Shown here: positions 16,183-30,041 of the stretch, in pieces | Position numbering within the stretch: position 1 is the stretch's first letter | Layout of the letters: each line of letters opens with the position of its first letter | Source: Eledone cirrhosa | Lineage: Eukaryota | NCBI GenBank assembly: GCA_964016885.1 | Contig: OZ024742.1 | Location: 160,890,001-160,954,000, forward strand | Direction of reading: 5' to 3' | Length of the DNA: 64,000 nt | The notes under the pieces: generated by a model | The model's database searches: none | Seen by the model: the letters and a program-made list of their open reading frames with translations, nothing else | What the model was told of the DNA's origin: nothing | Translations under genes and position numbers: made by a program

Positions 16183-16421
16183 TGTTTTAAATAAACATGT
16201 TTTAACGGTCTATTCTCCGATTTCTTACTTTTCCACGTGCTTACACTCTGCTAACTCTCTCGCCCACTAAATATTAACACTTCTAATATTTAATACTGCC
16301 GGCACTAGTATTGAGCATCTTTGGCATGCGCTACTTGGCAAATAACTATATGTATCACCTATCCTTCCTTTGTTTCTCTCTCTCGATACGTAAATACTTT
16401 ATTATATATATATATCTAATA

Positions 16422-16481
<60 letters not shown>

Positions 16482-17589
16482 TATTAGAGGTGCCAATTAA
16501 TTGCGTCCGTAAGCGGTATGCCAAGATGAGCACTCGATGCTTGTGGGGAGCAGAGTATCAATAATAATAATTAGGGAACAAAGAATCAGTGTTGCATTAT
16601 ATATATATTTAATTACATATTACATATGTTTCACTGCCGATCAACTCGAGGAACAATCGATTAATGATCGGTCTTGACTCTGGAATCGGAAGCTCCTCGG
16701 ATATCGCGAGTCTACATGTGAACACATATCTGAGGAGCTTCCGATTCCAGAGTCAGGACCAACCATAGATAGTTTAAACCTAGCCAAGCTCATCCTTCTC
16801 TGTGTTTTGACACAAAGGATTTCTTCCAGAGAAAGAGTGAGAATGATAGACAAGAAAAGGATATAGAGGAACAACCGATCTCAGAAATGGACTGCTACAT
16901 CCTATCCCTTTGCATAGAATCTTGGATGATATTTACCATAACCCAGGGTGAGTACTCGGGTTAGTAGAATTGGATAGTGAGAAGTTGATTGGAAGCCAAA
17001 CGTACTTGTAATTCAAATTCCAGCTTGCTCACACACTATGTTTCGATGGATCTCTCTGAGAATGAAGTTATGACTACACGTGTCTATGGAAAGCGCAACT
17101 AATTGCAGGTTAGAGAAGTATGCTCCGTTGATCGAACAACCTCCATTGTATTAACCGACGGGGATACATTCCATTCATGTACGAATAAAAAAACATATAA
17201 TGAATGTTTGTTGAGGTTTATTACAAGACATCACATCACTCGGAAACTCAGAGTTTCTTTGCGGAACCAACTTCAGGAAACTCTGTCCTAGAAGCCTAAC
17301 AACATATAAACATGAAAGTTATATATCATCTCAGAATAAGGCATAAAACATCTATGTTACACAGTAAACTATACCAAGATACATACTTAAATAAATTACA
17401 AACAAAATGAACTCCCAATCGCTTTCAAAAAGTGTTCTAGTTGCTCAACCAACTAAACTATCTACTCATTGTATTATTAGCATGTAAGTGACTGCGTGCA
17501 GAATATTTCCCAGGCACGTGCATCCTTAGCGTAATTTTTATGCGGATCGGCGTGATAAGGCTAGTGTTTTGAAATACAAGTACAAAGTC

Positions 17590-18126
17590 ATTCCGAATGA
17601 CTTCCAAACAGTTTCTGAACACCCATTTCCACTATCCACTACCACCACCCTCACATAGCTTAACTCTACTCGAGGACGTGGTAAAAGACACTTTTTAATT
17701 ATATCAAGCAGTAGGATCAAACACGAAACTTCATGATTAGAAAGTGAACTCCGTAACCTCTAGGTGATGCCTGCGCATATATCACATACATTTCTTCTTC
17801 TACTTCGTAACTCCTGAGGGAGTCGTAGGGGCACCATATACGGCGTTTCTAGGGCATTTTAAAACCTGGCGGGGCTCATATCCTCTCCACGTCTGAATAC
17901 AGCAGATTTCTTCAAGAGAAGGATAAAGAGTGAGGGAAAGGAAGTGAAAAAGAGATGTAGAGGAAGAATCGATCCCAGTACTAGACTGGTACTTTTGTGA
18001 TTGACCTAGAATAGATGAAAGGCAAAGTTGACCTCGGCGGGATTTGAACTCAGAGAGCAGAGAGCCGAAACGAATACCACAAAGCATTCTATCCGACATT
18101 CTAACGACTCTGCCAATTCACCGCCT
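17590..18126 (-). mobile_element. Two adjacent SINE copies (17590-17775, 17808-18126)
   Basis: The second has the full GATGAAAGGCAAAGTTGACCTCGGCGGGATTTGAACTCAG core and a tRNA-like head ending CTGCCAATTCACCGCC. Confidence 0.8.
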
Positions 18127-18289
18127 ATTGCATACATTACACATCACGAAACTAGGAATTATCTATATGAACAATAAACCAGCAAAGCCTTTTTAGTAAC
18201 TACAGATCTTGACAGACTTTTATAAACAATTTTAATTTAGGCTCAATCCATCTATACAAACTGCAACTTCATACTGTCTCCCTGTCTAT

Positions 18290-21200
18290 ATTTCCAGTCA
18301 ATATCTACACACTGTGTCTGTCTATACAGCCAACATCTACACACTCTGTCTATCTATCTATACAGTCAACATCTACACACTGTGTCTGTCTATACAGCCA
18401 ATATCTACACACTGTGTCTATCTATCTATACAGTCAACATCTACACACTGTGTCTATCTATCTATACAGTCAACATCTACACACTGTGTCTATCTATCTA
18501 GACAGTCAACATCAACACACTGTGTCTATCTATCTAGACAGTCAACATCTACACACTGTGTCTATCTATCTAGACAGTCAACATCAACACACTGTGTCTA
18601 TCTATCTAGACAGTCAACATCTACACACTGTGTCTATCTATCTAGACAGTCAACATCAACACACTGTGTCTATCTATCTAGACAGTCAACATCTACACAC
18701 TGTATATATCTATCTAGACAGTCAACATCTACACACTGTATATATCTATCTAGACAGTCAACATCTACACACTGTATCTATCTATCTAGACAGTCAACAT
18801 CTACACACTGTATCTATCTAGACAGTCAACATCAACACACTGTGTCTATCTATCTAGACAGTCAACATCTACACACTGTGTCTATCTATCTAGACAGTCA
18901 ACATCTACACACTGTATATATCTATCTAGACAGTCAACATCAACACACTGTATCTATCTATCTAGACAGTCAACATCAACACACTGTGTCTATCTATCTA
19001 GACAGTCAACATCTACACACTGTGTCTATCTATCTAGACAGTCAACATCTACACAATGTATCTATCTATCTAGACAGTCAACATCAACACACTGTGTCTA
19101 TCTATCTAGACAGTCAACATCTACACACTGTGTCTATCTATCTAGACAGTCAACATCAACACACTGTGTCTATCTATCTAGACAGTCAACATCTACACAC
19201 TGTGTCTATCTATCTAGACAGTCAACATCTACACACTGTATATATCTATCTAGACAGTCAACATCAACACACTGTCTATCTATCTAGACAGTCAACATCA
19301 ACACACTGTGTCTATCTATCTAGACAGTCAACATCTACACACTGTGTCTATCTATCTAGACAGTCAACATCTACACACTGTGTCTATCTATCTAGACAGT
19401 CAACATCTACACACTGTGTCTATCTATCTAGACAGTCAACATCAACACACTGTGTCTATCTATCTAGACAGTCAACATCAACACACTGTGTCTATCTATC
19501 TAGACAGTCAATATCTACACACTGTATATATCTATCTAGACAGTCAACATCAACACACTGTATCTATCTATCTATCTAGACAGTCAACATCAACACACTG
19601 TATCTATATATCTAGACAGTCAACATCTACACACTGTGTCTATCTATCTAGACAGTCAACATCTACACACTGTGTCTATCTATCTAGACAGTCAACATCT
19701 ACACACTGTGTCTATCTATCTAGACAGTCAACATCAACACACTGTGTCTATCTATCTAGACAGTCAACATCAACACACTGTATATATCTATCTAGACAGT
19801 CAACATCAACACACTGTGTCTATCTATCTAGACAGTCAACATCTACACACTGTGTCTATCTATCTATACAGTCAACATCTACACACTGTGTCTATCTATC
19901 TAGACAGTCAACATCAACACACTGTGTCTATCTATCTAGACAGTCAACATCTACACACTGTATATATCTATCTAGACAGTCAACATCTACACACTGTATC
20001 TATCTATCTAGACAGTCAACATCTACACACTGTGTCTATCTATCTAGACAGTCAACATCTACACACTGTATATATCTATCTAGACAGTCAACATCTACAC
20101 ACTGTATATATCTATCTAGACAGTCAACATCAACACACTGTGTCTATCTATCTAGACAGTCAACATCTACACACTGTATCTATCTATCTAGACAGTCAAC
20201 ATCAACACACTGTATCTATATATCTAGACAGTCAACATCTACACACTGTGTCTATATATCTAGACAGTCAACATCTACACACTGTGTCTATCTATCTAGA
20301 CAGTCAACATCTACACACTGTATATATCTATCTAGACAGTCAACATCAACACACTGTATCTATCTATCTAGACAGTCAACATCAACATACTGTGTCTATC
20401 TATCTAGACAGTCAACATCTACACACTATGCCTATCTATCTAGACAGTCAACATCTACACACTGTGTCTATCTATCTAGACAGTCAACATCAACACACTG
20501 TGTCTATCTATCTAGAGAGTCAACATCTTCACATTGTATCTATCTATCTAGACAGTCAACATCTACACACTGTGTCTATCTATCTAGACAGTCAACATCT
20601 ACACACTGTATCTATCTATCTAGACAGTCAACATCTACACACTGTATCTATATATCTAGACAGTCAACATCTACACACTGTGTCTATCTATCTAGACAGT
20701 CAACATCTACACACTGTATCTATCTATCTAGACAGTCAACATCTACACACTGTGTCTATCTATCTAGACAGTCAACATCTACACACTGTATATATCTATC
20801 TAGACAGTCAACATCTACACACTGTGTCTATCTATCTAGACAGTCAACATCTACACACTGTATCTATCTATCTAGACAGTCAACATCTACACACTGTATC
20901 TATATATCTAGACAGTCAACATCTACACACTGTGTCTATCTATCTAGACAGTCAACATCTACACACTGTATATATCTATCTAGACAGTCAACATCAACAC
21001 ACTGTGTCTATCTATCTAGACAGTCAACATCTACACACTGTGTCTATCTATCTAGACAGTCAACATCAACACACTGTGTCTATCTATCTATACAGTCAAC
21101 ATCTACACACTGTGTCTATCTATCTAGACAGTCAACATCAACACACTGTGTCTATCTATCTAGACAGTCAACATCAACACACTGTCTATCTATCTAGACA

Positions 21201-21560
21201 GTCAACATCTACACACTGTGTCTATCTATCTAGACAGTCAACATCTACACAATGTGTCTATCTATCTAGACAGTCAACATCAACACACTGTGTCTATCTA
21301 TCTAGACAGTCAACATCAACACACTGTGTCTATCTATCTAGACAGTCAACATCTACACAATGTGTCTATCTATCTAGACAGTCAACACCTACACAGTGTC
21401 TATATATCTATCCAGTCAACAGCTACTCACTGTGTCTATATATCTATCCAGTCAACAGCTACTCACTGTGTCTATATATCTAGACAGTCAACAACTACAC
21501 AGTGTCTATATATCCAGTCCACAGCTACACAGTGTCGATTTATCTATACAATCATCATCT
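18290..21560. repeat. 36-bp minisatellite (GACAGTCAACATC[T/A]ACACACTGTGTCTATCTATCTA), about 90 copies
   Basis: Head-to-tail units with no unique spacers and degenerate edges; generates the repetitive 12-aa ORFs. Confidence 0.97.
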
Positions 21561-21797
21561 ACACAACGTTTTTAGTTACGATTCATCTTAGAATAAATAG
21601 AATTATTTTGGCGCATTATGTAGCGGAATTCGAGAATGTATTCAAAAGAGATATTTATACATGTTAGCATAGTATAAATAGGAATATAGATAATTAGAAA
21701 TACAAAAAAAAAACATTATTTGTACACATTTTTTTTATTCAACATATACAGATCACCAGCTCATGTCTTTACGCAGTATATATATATATATATATAT

Positions 21798-21930
21798 ATA
21801 TGCCAGGTAGTGCTATTACGTTAGACATAGCCGACCGAAACCTATTAAAGTTATATAGATATAACTTTAATAGGTTTCGGTCGGTATTGGCCCAGGCTAT
21901 GTCTAACTTAATAGCACTACCTGGCATATA
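21798..21930. repeat. (TA)n-flanked fold-back palindrome
   Basis: GCCAGGTAGTGCTATTA...GACCGAAACCTATTAAAGTTATAT pairs with ATATAACTTTAATAGGTTTCGGTC...TAATAGCACTACCTGGC, with an indel between the arms. Confidence 0.85.
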
Positions 21931-22000
21931 TATAAAAAAAAAAAAAAATATATAGATATATATATATATATATATTTATGTATATATATATATATATATA

Positions 22001-22255
22001 TTGTTATACTTGGGGAGGGTCATATTTGTGTAATATTGCCAGAATTAAATTTTTGACCGTCGGTCAGTCAATGGCAACATTGAGGACCGATTAAGTTAGA
22101 TCGCAGATATAAAAGACAGCGAGAAGGGAAAACCAACCAAACAGTGAGTGTGTTCTGTTATTAATTCTGGCAATATTACACAAATATGACCCTCCCCAAA
22201 TATAACAATATTTGTTTCGACACACGATTTCATATAAAAAACCTCGCTAAACTAA
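22001..22255 (+). mobile_element. Non-coding 3' tail fragment of the 22953-24627 PLE family with inverted 5' arm
   Basis: Matches 22953-23152; 22001-22047 is an inverted copy of about 22161-22209. Confidence 0.75.
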
Positions 22256-22470
22256 TTCATCGCCGCTATATATATATATATATATATATAATTGTAACAG
22301 ATCTGTCTCAACAAACGTTTTTAGATAAAAAATAGAATCTTGCAAAACAAATACAAAAACGAAGTGTGTACATATATATATATAGTGAAAAACGGAACGG
22401 GATCAAAACTAAGAGGCAGTACGAACAAATGTTTATTAGTTTCACGCTCTTGAGAGTGGGGGGTGGGGAA

Positions 22471-22502
22471 CGACGTTTCGGGCATAACCCCTTCTTCAGG
22501 CG
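22471..22502 (-). ncRNA. Minimal hammerhead ribozyme
   Basis: Minus strand reads CGC-CTGAAGA-AGGGGTTATGCCC-GAAACGTC-G, within a (TA)n-bounded module at about 22384-22925. Confidence 0.65.
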
Positions 22503-22952
22503 AAAAGTGGGAGGGAAGAGAGTTCCGAGGGTGTGTAGGGGAGTGGAGGAGAGACGTTTAGAAAAAAGAGGGGAGAGGAAAGGGAGAAAAAACGGTGGAA
22601 GGGGTACAAATAAAAATTAAAAAAATAAAAATAAAAATAAACATGAAGATAAACAAGTGGTGGAAGGGTGTGGGGCGTGTAGGGTTGGTGGCCGGTGGAG
22701 TGGGGAGAGGGGTCGGGGTGTCCGAACGGGGAGGGCTGAAGGTGGTGTATGTGTGTAGGTGTACGTGTGTGTGTATGTATGTGAATGTAAGAGTTGGGGG
22801 AAGAACGAGGTTCCATGTTCAGGAAAAGGTGTGTGTGCGCGTGTGGATGGGGAGGGGTCAGAGGGCTGGGGGAGGGGTGAGAGGATTCCGGAGGCTAGGT
22901 GTGTATATATGTGGGGGTACGATACATATGTATATATATGTATATATATATA

Positions 22953-24268
22953 TAGTTTTGCGAGGTTTTTGATCGTGTGTCGAAACAAATATTGTTATAC
23001 TTGGGGAGGGTCATATTTGTGTAATAATATTGCCAGAATTAATAACAGAACAAACTCACTGTTTGGTTGGTTTTCGCTTCAGTGTCTTCTATATCGGTAA
23101 TCTAACTTATTCGGTCCTCAATGTTGCCATTGACTGACCAACGGTCAAAAATACAGATACAATATAGACACAAACACATATATATAGTCTAACAAAGTTA
23201 TTTCTTTCAAAATATGCAACATCGTCAGTGTTGCTATTATGTTTCATCCCGTTGCATTGTATGCTTACGCCATCTTTATTTAGTCTGTTTATTTATTTAT
23301 TTATTTATTTGTTTTTGTTTTTTTTTGTCTTCTCTGCGCATGCGTTTGCGTGTGTGTATAGTGTTTTGTTTGATGTGTGTTCTTGTTTGGGTGACTGTGT
23401 ATTGGTTAATGTATTCTATCTTAGTTTACTAGTGCGTGTTTATATGTGTTTGTTGTTATTGTGCTTGTGTATGTATTTATGTATTTATTTATTTATTTAT
23501 TTATACTTCTCTTAGGTCAGTGTTGTTTGTTTGGGTGTTGTTATTCCATTCATTTTTTCTGTTTAGCCTTGGCCTTCTAAGTTCTATTTCGCTGGCCTCT
23601 CTGATTTGCCTATCTGCTGGGTCATTTCTATGTTTAGATATTATTCTAACTTCTATGTTGTCTATGTTACCGTTGTGTTGTTGTCTGGCATGTTCGTATA
23701 GTACTGAACCGTTTTTTCGTCCTTTTAGTTCCCCCCAGTGTTGGTCTATCCTTTCACATATGCTACGAGCTGTCTCGCCTATGTATGTTGTTGTCATGTT
23801 TCTGCAAGTACCCTCTGTACATCTTATGCTATAGACTATATTTCTAGTTTTACAGTTTATCCGGGGGTTTACTCTACATATGATACATCTCCTATTAGTA
23901 CAGTGGGCTTTTATGATCAGGGATTTTATGGTGGTTCCTGGCTTTTCTACCACCTTAATCTTTAAGTGGGTCTTTCTCAGGGCCTTTCTACACTGGTTAG
24001 CTCGTAGCATAGGTGAAAGGATAGACCAACACTGGGGGGAACTAAAAGGACGAAAAACGGTTCAGTACTATACGAACATGCCAGACAACAACACAGCGGT
24101 AACATAGACAACATAGAAGTTAGAATAATATCTAAACATAGAAATGACCCAGCAGATAGGCAATTCAGAGAGGCCAGCGAAATAGAACTTAGAAGGCCAA
24201 GGCTAAACAGAAAAAATGAATGGAATAACAACAACACCCAAACAAACAACACTGACCTAAGAGAAGTA

Positions 24269-24299
<31 letters not shown>

Positions 24300-24627
24300 A
24301 TACAATCATACATACACAAGCACAATAACAACAAACACATATAAACACACACTAGTAAACTAAGATAGAATACATTAACCAATACACAGTCACCCAAACA
24401 AGAACACACATCAAACAAAACACTATACACACACGCAAACGCATGCGCAGAGAAGACAACAAAAAATAAAAAAAAATAAATAAACAGACAAAATAAAGAT
24501 GGCGTAAGCATACTATGCAACGGGATGAAACATAATAGCAACACTGACGATGTTGCAGATGTGCAACGAAAGAACTTTGATAGACTATATATATGTGTTT
24601 GTGTCTATATTGTATCTGTATTTTTGT
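22953..24627 (-). mobile_element. 5'-truncated Penelope-like element (GIY-YIG endonuclease plus 3' tail) with ~620-bp inverted duplication
   Basis: ORF 23501-24010 has C..RRCIIC...CKTRNIVYSIRC...YIGETARSICERIDQH...SVLYEH...RQIREA...LNRKNEW. 24000-24627 is an inverted copy of 23147-23769. (TA)n lies at both ends. Confidence 0.92.
24541..24580 (+). ncRNA. Hammerhead ribozyme in PLE tail
   Basis: CA-CTGACGA-T-GTTGCA-GATG-TGCAAC-GAAAGAACTT-TG with a 6-bp stem II. A decayed counterpart lies at about 23190-23232 (minus). Confidence 0.75.
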
Positions 24628-24711
24628 ATACATATGTATATATATATATATTTATATATATATATTAATGAAAAAGAACAAAGGAACTATTATGACATTA
24701 TAAAAAGTTTA

Positions 24712-24760
24712 TTGCCGACAGCCGTTTCGTCCGACCATATGGTGGGACTTTTCAAGGCAT
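24712..24760 (-). ncRNA. Hammerhead ribozyme, U3-A8 variant with GUC site
   Basis: TGCC-TTGAAAA-GTCC-CACCATATGGTC-GGAC-GAAAC-GGCT-GTC-GGCA: stems I, II and III all pair. Confidence 0.8.
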
Positions 24761-25092
24761 ATAACATGTGATTGTAAGTTCATTATTTACATCAACGTAT
24801 CACTTAAGACTAGCAGTTTGAAATTGTGGTATACATCAGCAGCTCCGCTTGTATATTTGGGGTCTATATTCTAAGGGGGCTCTTTTATATTAGTTGTCGG
24901 AATTGTAAAAGGGATGGGTTATGGGGAGTTAATAGAATTTGAAAATGGCCTAAGAGTCAGGGATTGAAGGTTAAAAATTAGATAGAATATTTCTGCTCTG
25001 CTTATACGCATAGAGCTTAACTAGCTACCGTCGCATATTTGGTAGGTCAGACGTGATCATCGCGATTCACATACAACCTACCATACATCTTG

Positions 25093-25222
<130 letters not shown>

Positions 25223-25233
25223 CATATATATAC

Positions 25234-25303
<70 letters not shown>

Positions 25304-25375
25304 ACTTCGTTTTTGTATTTGTTTGCAAGATTCTATTTTTTATCTAAAAACGTTTGTTGAGACAGATATTGTTAC

Positions 25376-25441
<66 letters not shown>

Positions 25442-25443
<2 letters not shown>

Positions 25444-25630
25444 CGAAGGAAATGTGGTAAGGAACCAGGTGGACCATAACGCACCAAAGTACTCGATACT
25501 TGAGGTAGTAGAGTGGGTAATAGGAACCAGTAAGACCCCGACAGCTGAGCTCAAGCCGTTTCGACGGCTAATTCTGTCCAGAATTAGCCGTCGAAACGGC
25601 TTGAGCTCAGCTGTCGGGGTCTTACTGGTT

Positions 25631-25634
<4 letters not shown>
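25442..25634 (-). mobile_element. Family B palindromic half-HHR module
   Basis: Homologous to 10609-10813; (TA)n on both sides. Confidence 0.8.
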
Positions 25635-25722
<88 letters not shown>

Positions 25723-26121
25723 GATACTGCATACATTACTGAATAGGGACGAGGTATCAATATAGCATCGTTATGTTTATTCACGTGTGATGCACATTTC
25801 GTAATCGATCAGCTCAAGGTACGATCGGTATCGATCGGGCCCAACTCTGGAATCGATAGCTCGTCAAACTTGTGGATTCCTGTTGCCACACCGGCAATAG
25901 GACCAGCATTGGCATTATGTGCTCAAACTGGTAAACCAATTGTAACTAAACGTTATATATATGCGTGTGTGAGTATGAGAGTGCGCATACGTGTGTGTGT
26001 GGGCATGGCGAGTATGTGCGTGTATGTGAGCGTGATTGCATACATATATATACGATATATATACGATACGAGTATGTGCATCACTTTGAGAAAAAAAGGA
26101 GTAGTTAGATTTTTTATATGC

Positions 26122-26173
<52 letters not shown>

Positions 26174-26174
<1 letters not shown>

Positions 26175-26616
26175 TAGCAGTGGTACCCGGCGTTGCACGG
26201 GATAAGGTATTTTGGAACGCGGGCCGCCAACAGACATAGTCGTGGAAAAACTGCATGCCTAGACAATATTTAAAGAAAATAAACCGAATACTCTGATGGC
26301 TGGATAATCTTTAAGATTTTCCTCGATGATGCAGGTTATCACCTAATGCGGGCCCTAGGCAATAAAAAGTTGAATTTTCTTTGCTTACGGTATGAAGAAG
26401 AGACTGACTAATGCATAGTTACAATTTCAAGGAAATCGGTCTGACGTAATGCCTCAAAAAAACCCTAAAAAGTTTATAAATCGCAGTTTTTCACCTAATG
26501 CGGGCCCAAGGAGATCAAAATGTTGCATAATACTCCCTGAAACGTAAGCAATACACATGTAAAGTTTGAAAAATATTGGTTGGGTACTTCTCGAGTTTTA
26601 GGGATTCAAACTAACA

Positions 26617-26672
<56 letters not shown>

Positions 26673-26975
26673 GACAGACATCCTCAGGGAGGTGACGTAA
26701 TGCAGACAGATAGACATACAGACAGATATTATAAGGGCGCGACGTTATGTGTATGTATCTATCTAAAAAGAGAAAGACTAAGAATTATAGAGAGAGATCG
26801 CTAAATTGTCTAATGCGGTCCATAGGGCATTGATAATTTGAAATTGTTCTGCTCAGAACACTCCCTGAAACATAAGTATTACATGTGTAAAGTTTGAAAA
26901 CAGTCGGTTGGGTGGTTCTCGAGTTTTAGGGATTCAAACTCACACACACACACAGACATCCTCAGTTTATATATA
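26174..26975 (-). mobile_element. Non-autonomous Helitron-like element
   Basis: Minus strand ends CCCGTGCAACGCCGGG (hairpin) TACCACTG-CTAG followed by T. Internal duplicated blocks and (CA)n; the 5' end merges into TATATATAAACTGAGG. Confidence 0.7.
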
Positions 26976-26979
26976 TATG

Positions 26980-27407
26980 TATATACGATATTAACAAATG
27001 GAAACTATATTTGTAAAACCATATCTATTTTATTATACATATTTCAAGGATACCATGTTAAATTATGGTATGGTTTCATCAGACAAAATACAATATATAC
27101 CAGCTTTACTTTTGGAAGACATCAAGGATAGTATCTATCCTTGATGTCTTCCAAAAGTAACGGTTGCATTTTGAAAGGGTACGTCAATGTTTATTTATAA
27201 AACTGGTATATATTGTATTTTGTCTGATGAAACCATACCATAATTTAACATGGTATCCTTGAAATATGTATAATAAAATAGATATAGTTTTATAAATATA
27301 GTTTCCATTTGTTAATATCGTATATTTACTCCAAATTCTTATCGAGTGCTTTATATCAGTTATAAAAATATTTGCTTGTTGTATCCCAACAATTTAAATA
27401 GAACTTT

Positions 27408-27412
<5 letters not shown>
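26980..27412 (+). mobile_element. Family A HHR module with inverted 5' arm (fold-back centre about 27133)
   Basis: HHR TATTTTGT-CTGATGA-AACCATACCA...TGGTATCCTT-GAAA-TATG-TA-TAATAAAATA at 27216-27280 (+) and 27026-27090 (-). Homologous to the modules at 36085, 39770, 46293 and 61339. Confidence 0.75.
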
Positions 27413-27466
<54 letters not shown>

Positions 27467-27474
27467 TGTATATA

Positions 27475-27537
<63 letters not shown>

Positions 27538-27746
27538 CATATATAGTATATATATTTTTTATATATAGTATTATGTATATTAGAATGTGTGTTTAAAATA
27601 CTATAGTATGTTAGTATGTAAAACATTAAAACATTAGCTGATTGAGCACTCAATACTGGTTTCAAGAGTGTAACAATTTTTCTAAGTACATTATATATAT
27701 ATATATACTTATAAATATATATTTTGTACTTAGAAAAAATTTTATG

Positions 27747-27822
<76 letters not shown>

Positions 27823-28048
27823 TGTGTGTGTGTGTGTGCGCGCGCGCGCGTGTGTATGTGTGTGTGCGTGTGTGTGTATAAACGAAGTTGGTTTAAGATA
27901 CATTATAGACGTCCCAATTAAAATTACCAATATTAGACTATCGCTCTTAATGATAGTTCACAAAATCGGGTATCACAAACGGCTCTGTCCTCCTTTTTCC
28001 GTCTCCAGCATTTATATAGTCAGTTATATTGGGACGACTACATTTAAA

Positions 28049-28090
<42 letters not shown>

Positions 28091-28115
28091 TTTAAATATA
28101 GTCGTTCCAATATAC

Positions 28116-28200
<85 letters not shown>

Positions 28201-28271
28201 CTTTAAATTATACACACACACACACGCACACACATAACATATATATAATTTTCCTATATATATATATATAT

Positions 28272-28302
<31 letters not shown>

Positions 28303-28317
28303 GAGAGAGAGAGGGAG

Positions 28318-28413
<96 letters not shown>

Positions 28414-28630
28414 GGGTGTGTGTGTGTATATATGTATGTATATATAAATGTATATATGGGTGTGCATGTATATGTATGTGGCTGGGTATATGCTATAAGT
28501 AAGGAAACATGTATGTATATAGTCTGTTTCTAATCCAATACATAGACGAAAATATATATAATTTTTACTCGTATATTACTGTTACAAAATAACAGGCCTG
28601 GTGTAAAAATCATTACACATACACACACAC

Positions 28631-28684
<54 letters not shown>

Positions 28685-28738
28685 AAACAACTGTGTGTAT
28701 TTACATATATATATACTTGTAAACATATACATATATAA

Positions 28739-28839
<101 letters not shown>

Positions 28840-29014
28840 ACAATGAAAACAAAACCAAAGTCAAAGGTAGTTAAATAGTTCATTGATTGATATTACGAAG
28901 CGCATGGTACTAGTTGCGTCGATACATATATACATATTTCTAGCCTCGAAATTCCTGATCGATCGACCGTCTTCTTCATATATATACATATGTATATATA
29001 CGTCTCTGTATATC

Positions 29015-29069
<55 letters not shown>

Positions 29070-29098
29070 CATATATATATACATATATATATATATAT

Positions 29099-29298
29099 AA
29101 CGAAAGAAATGTGGTAAGGAACCAGGTGGACCATAACGCACCAAAGTACTCAATACTTAGGGTAGTAGAGTGGGTAATATGAACGAGTAGGACCCCGACG
29201 ACTGAGCTCAAGCCGTTTCGACGGGTAATTCAGGACCAATTTGGTCCTGAATTAGCCGTCGAAACGGCCTGAGCTCAGCCGTCGGGGTCCTACTCGTT

Positions 29299-29302
<4 letters not shown>
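29099..29302 (-). mobile_element. Family B palindromic half-HHR module
   Basis: Homologous to 10609-10813; the two arms differ by substitutions. Confidence 0.8.
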
Positions 29303-29337
<35 letters not shown>

Positions 29338-29354
29338 CATATATATATATATAC

Positions 29355-29496
<142 letters not shown>

Positions 29497-29554
29497 TACT
29501 ATATATATATGTGTGTGTGTGTGTATGTATATATGTATGTATATGTATCTCTCC

Positions 29555-29589
<35 letters not shown>

Positions 29590-29992
29590 AACGGCACACA
29601 TATATATTTGAAAATGAGCAGATTTAGACAAAATAATGTTTTCTGTAATTCATTTGTCTTTGGGGTTTTCATTTAAATCATTATGAACTCTTGACCACGG
29701 TCCCGGCCCTTCACCATTTCGTAAAGTTCAGTCGCTGAACCCTTCTAAGCATAAATGGACAATCATGGACTGGTAGTCCTTTACTAGAGCTGGGAAACAA
29801 GAATAATAAAATCGGCCAAGGTGTTATTTAACATAGAGCTAAAGACGTAATCTGACCTCGGACCGGAATCTGACAGTCTACCTATTGTTTTCCCCATTAT
29901 ATATACAGTATATATATATATAATATATATAATATATATATATATGTATATATGTATACACACACACACACACACATATATATACATATATA

Positions 29993-30041
<49 letters not shown>

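Larger units (their letters stand above)
13908..16400 (-). mobile_element. 5'-truncated Penelope-like element (RT thumb, GIY-YIG endonuclease, 3' tail) with inverted duplication of its tail
   Basis: Minus-strand fragments SNHPKQTLNSI...RISRLS...YNKALISAGF, PYSRSVASNI...NFPPNHRYRKILNRNNIKISFS, and VIYSCTV...YIGATSGPFKIRFRTH. 13908-14282 is an inverted copy of 15865-16238. (TA)n lies on both sides. Confidence 0.9.

Noticed and set aside
18314-21667. Long ORFs of 421-629 aa, and a superficial CRISPR-like 36-bp periodicity
   Set aside because: Pure tandem repeat with no unique spacers and no cas genes, in a eukaryotic context; the ORFs are a by-product of a stop-free unit.
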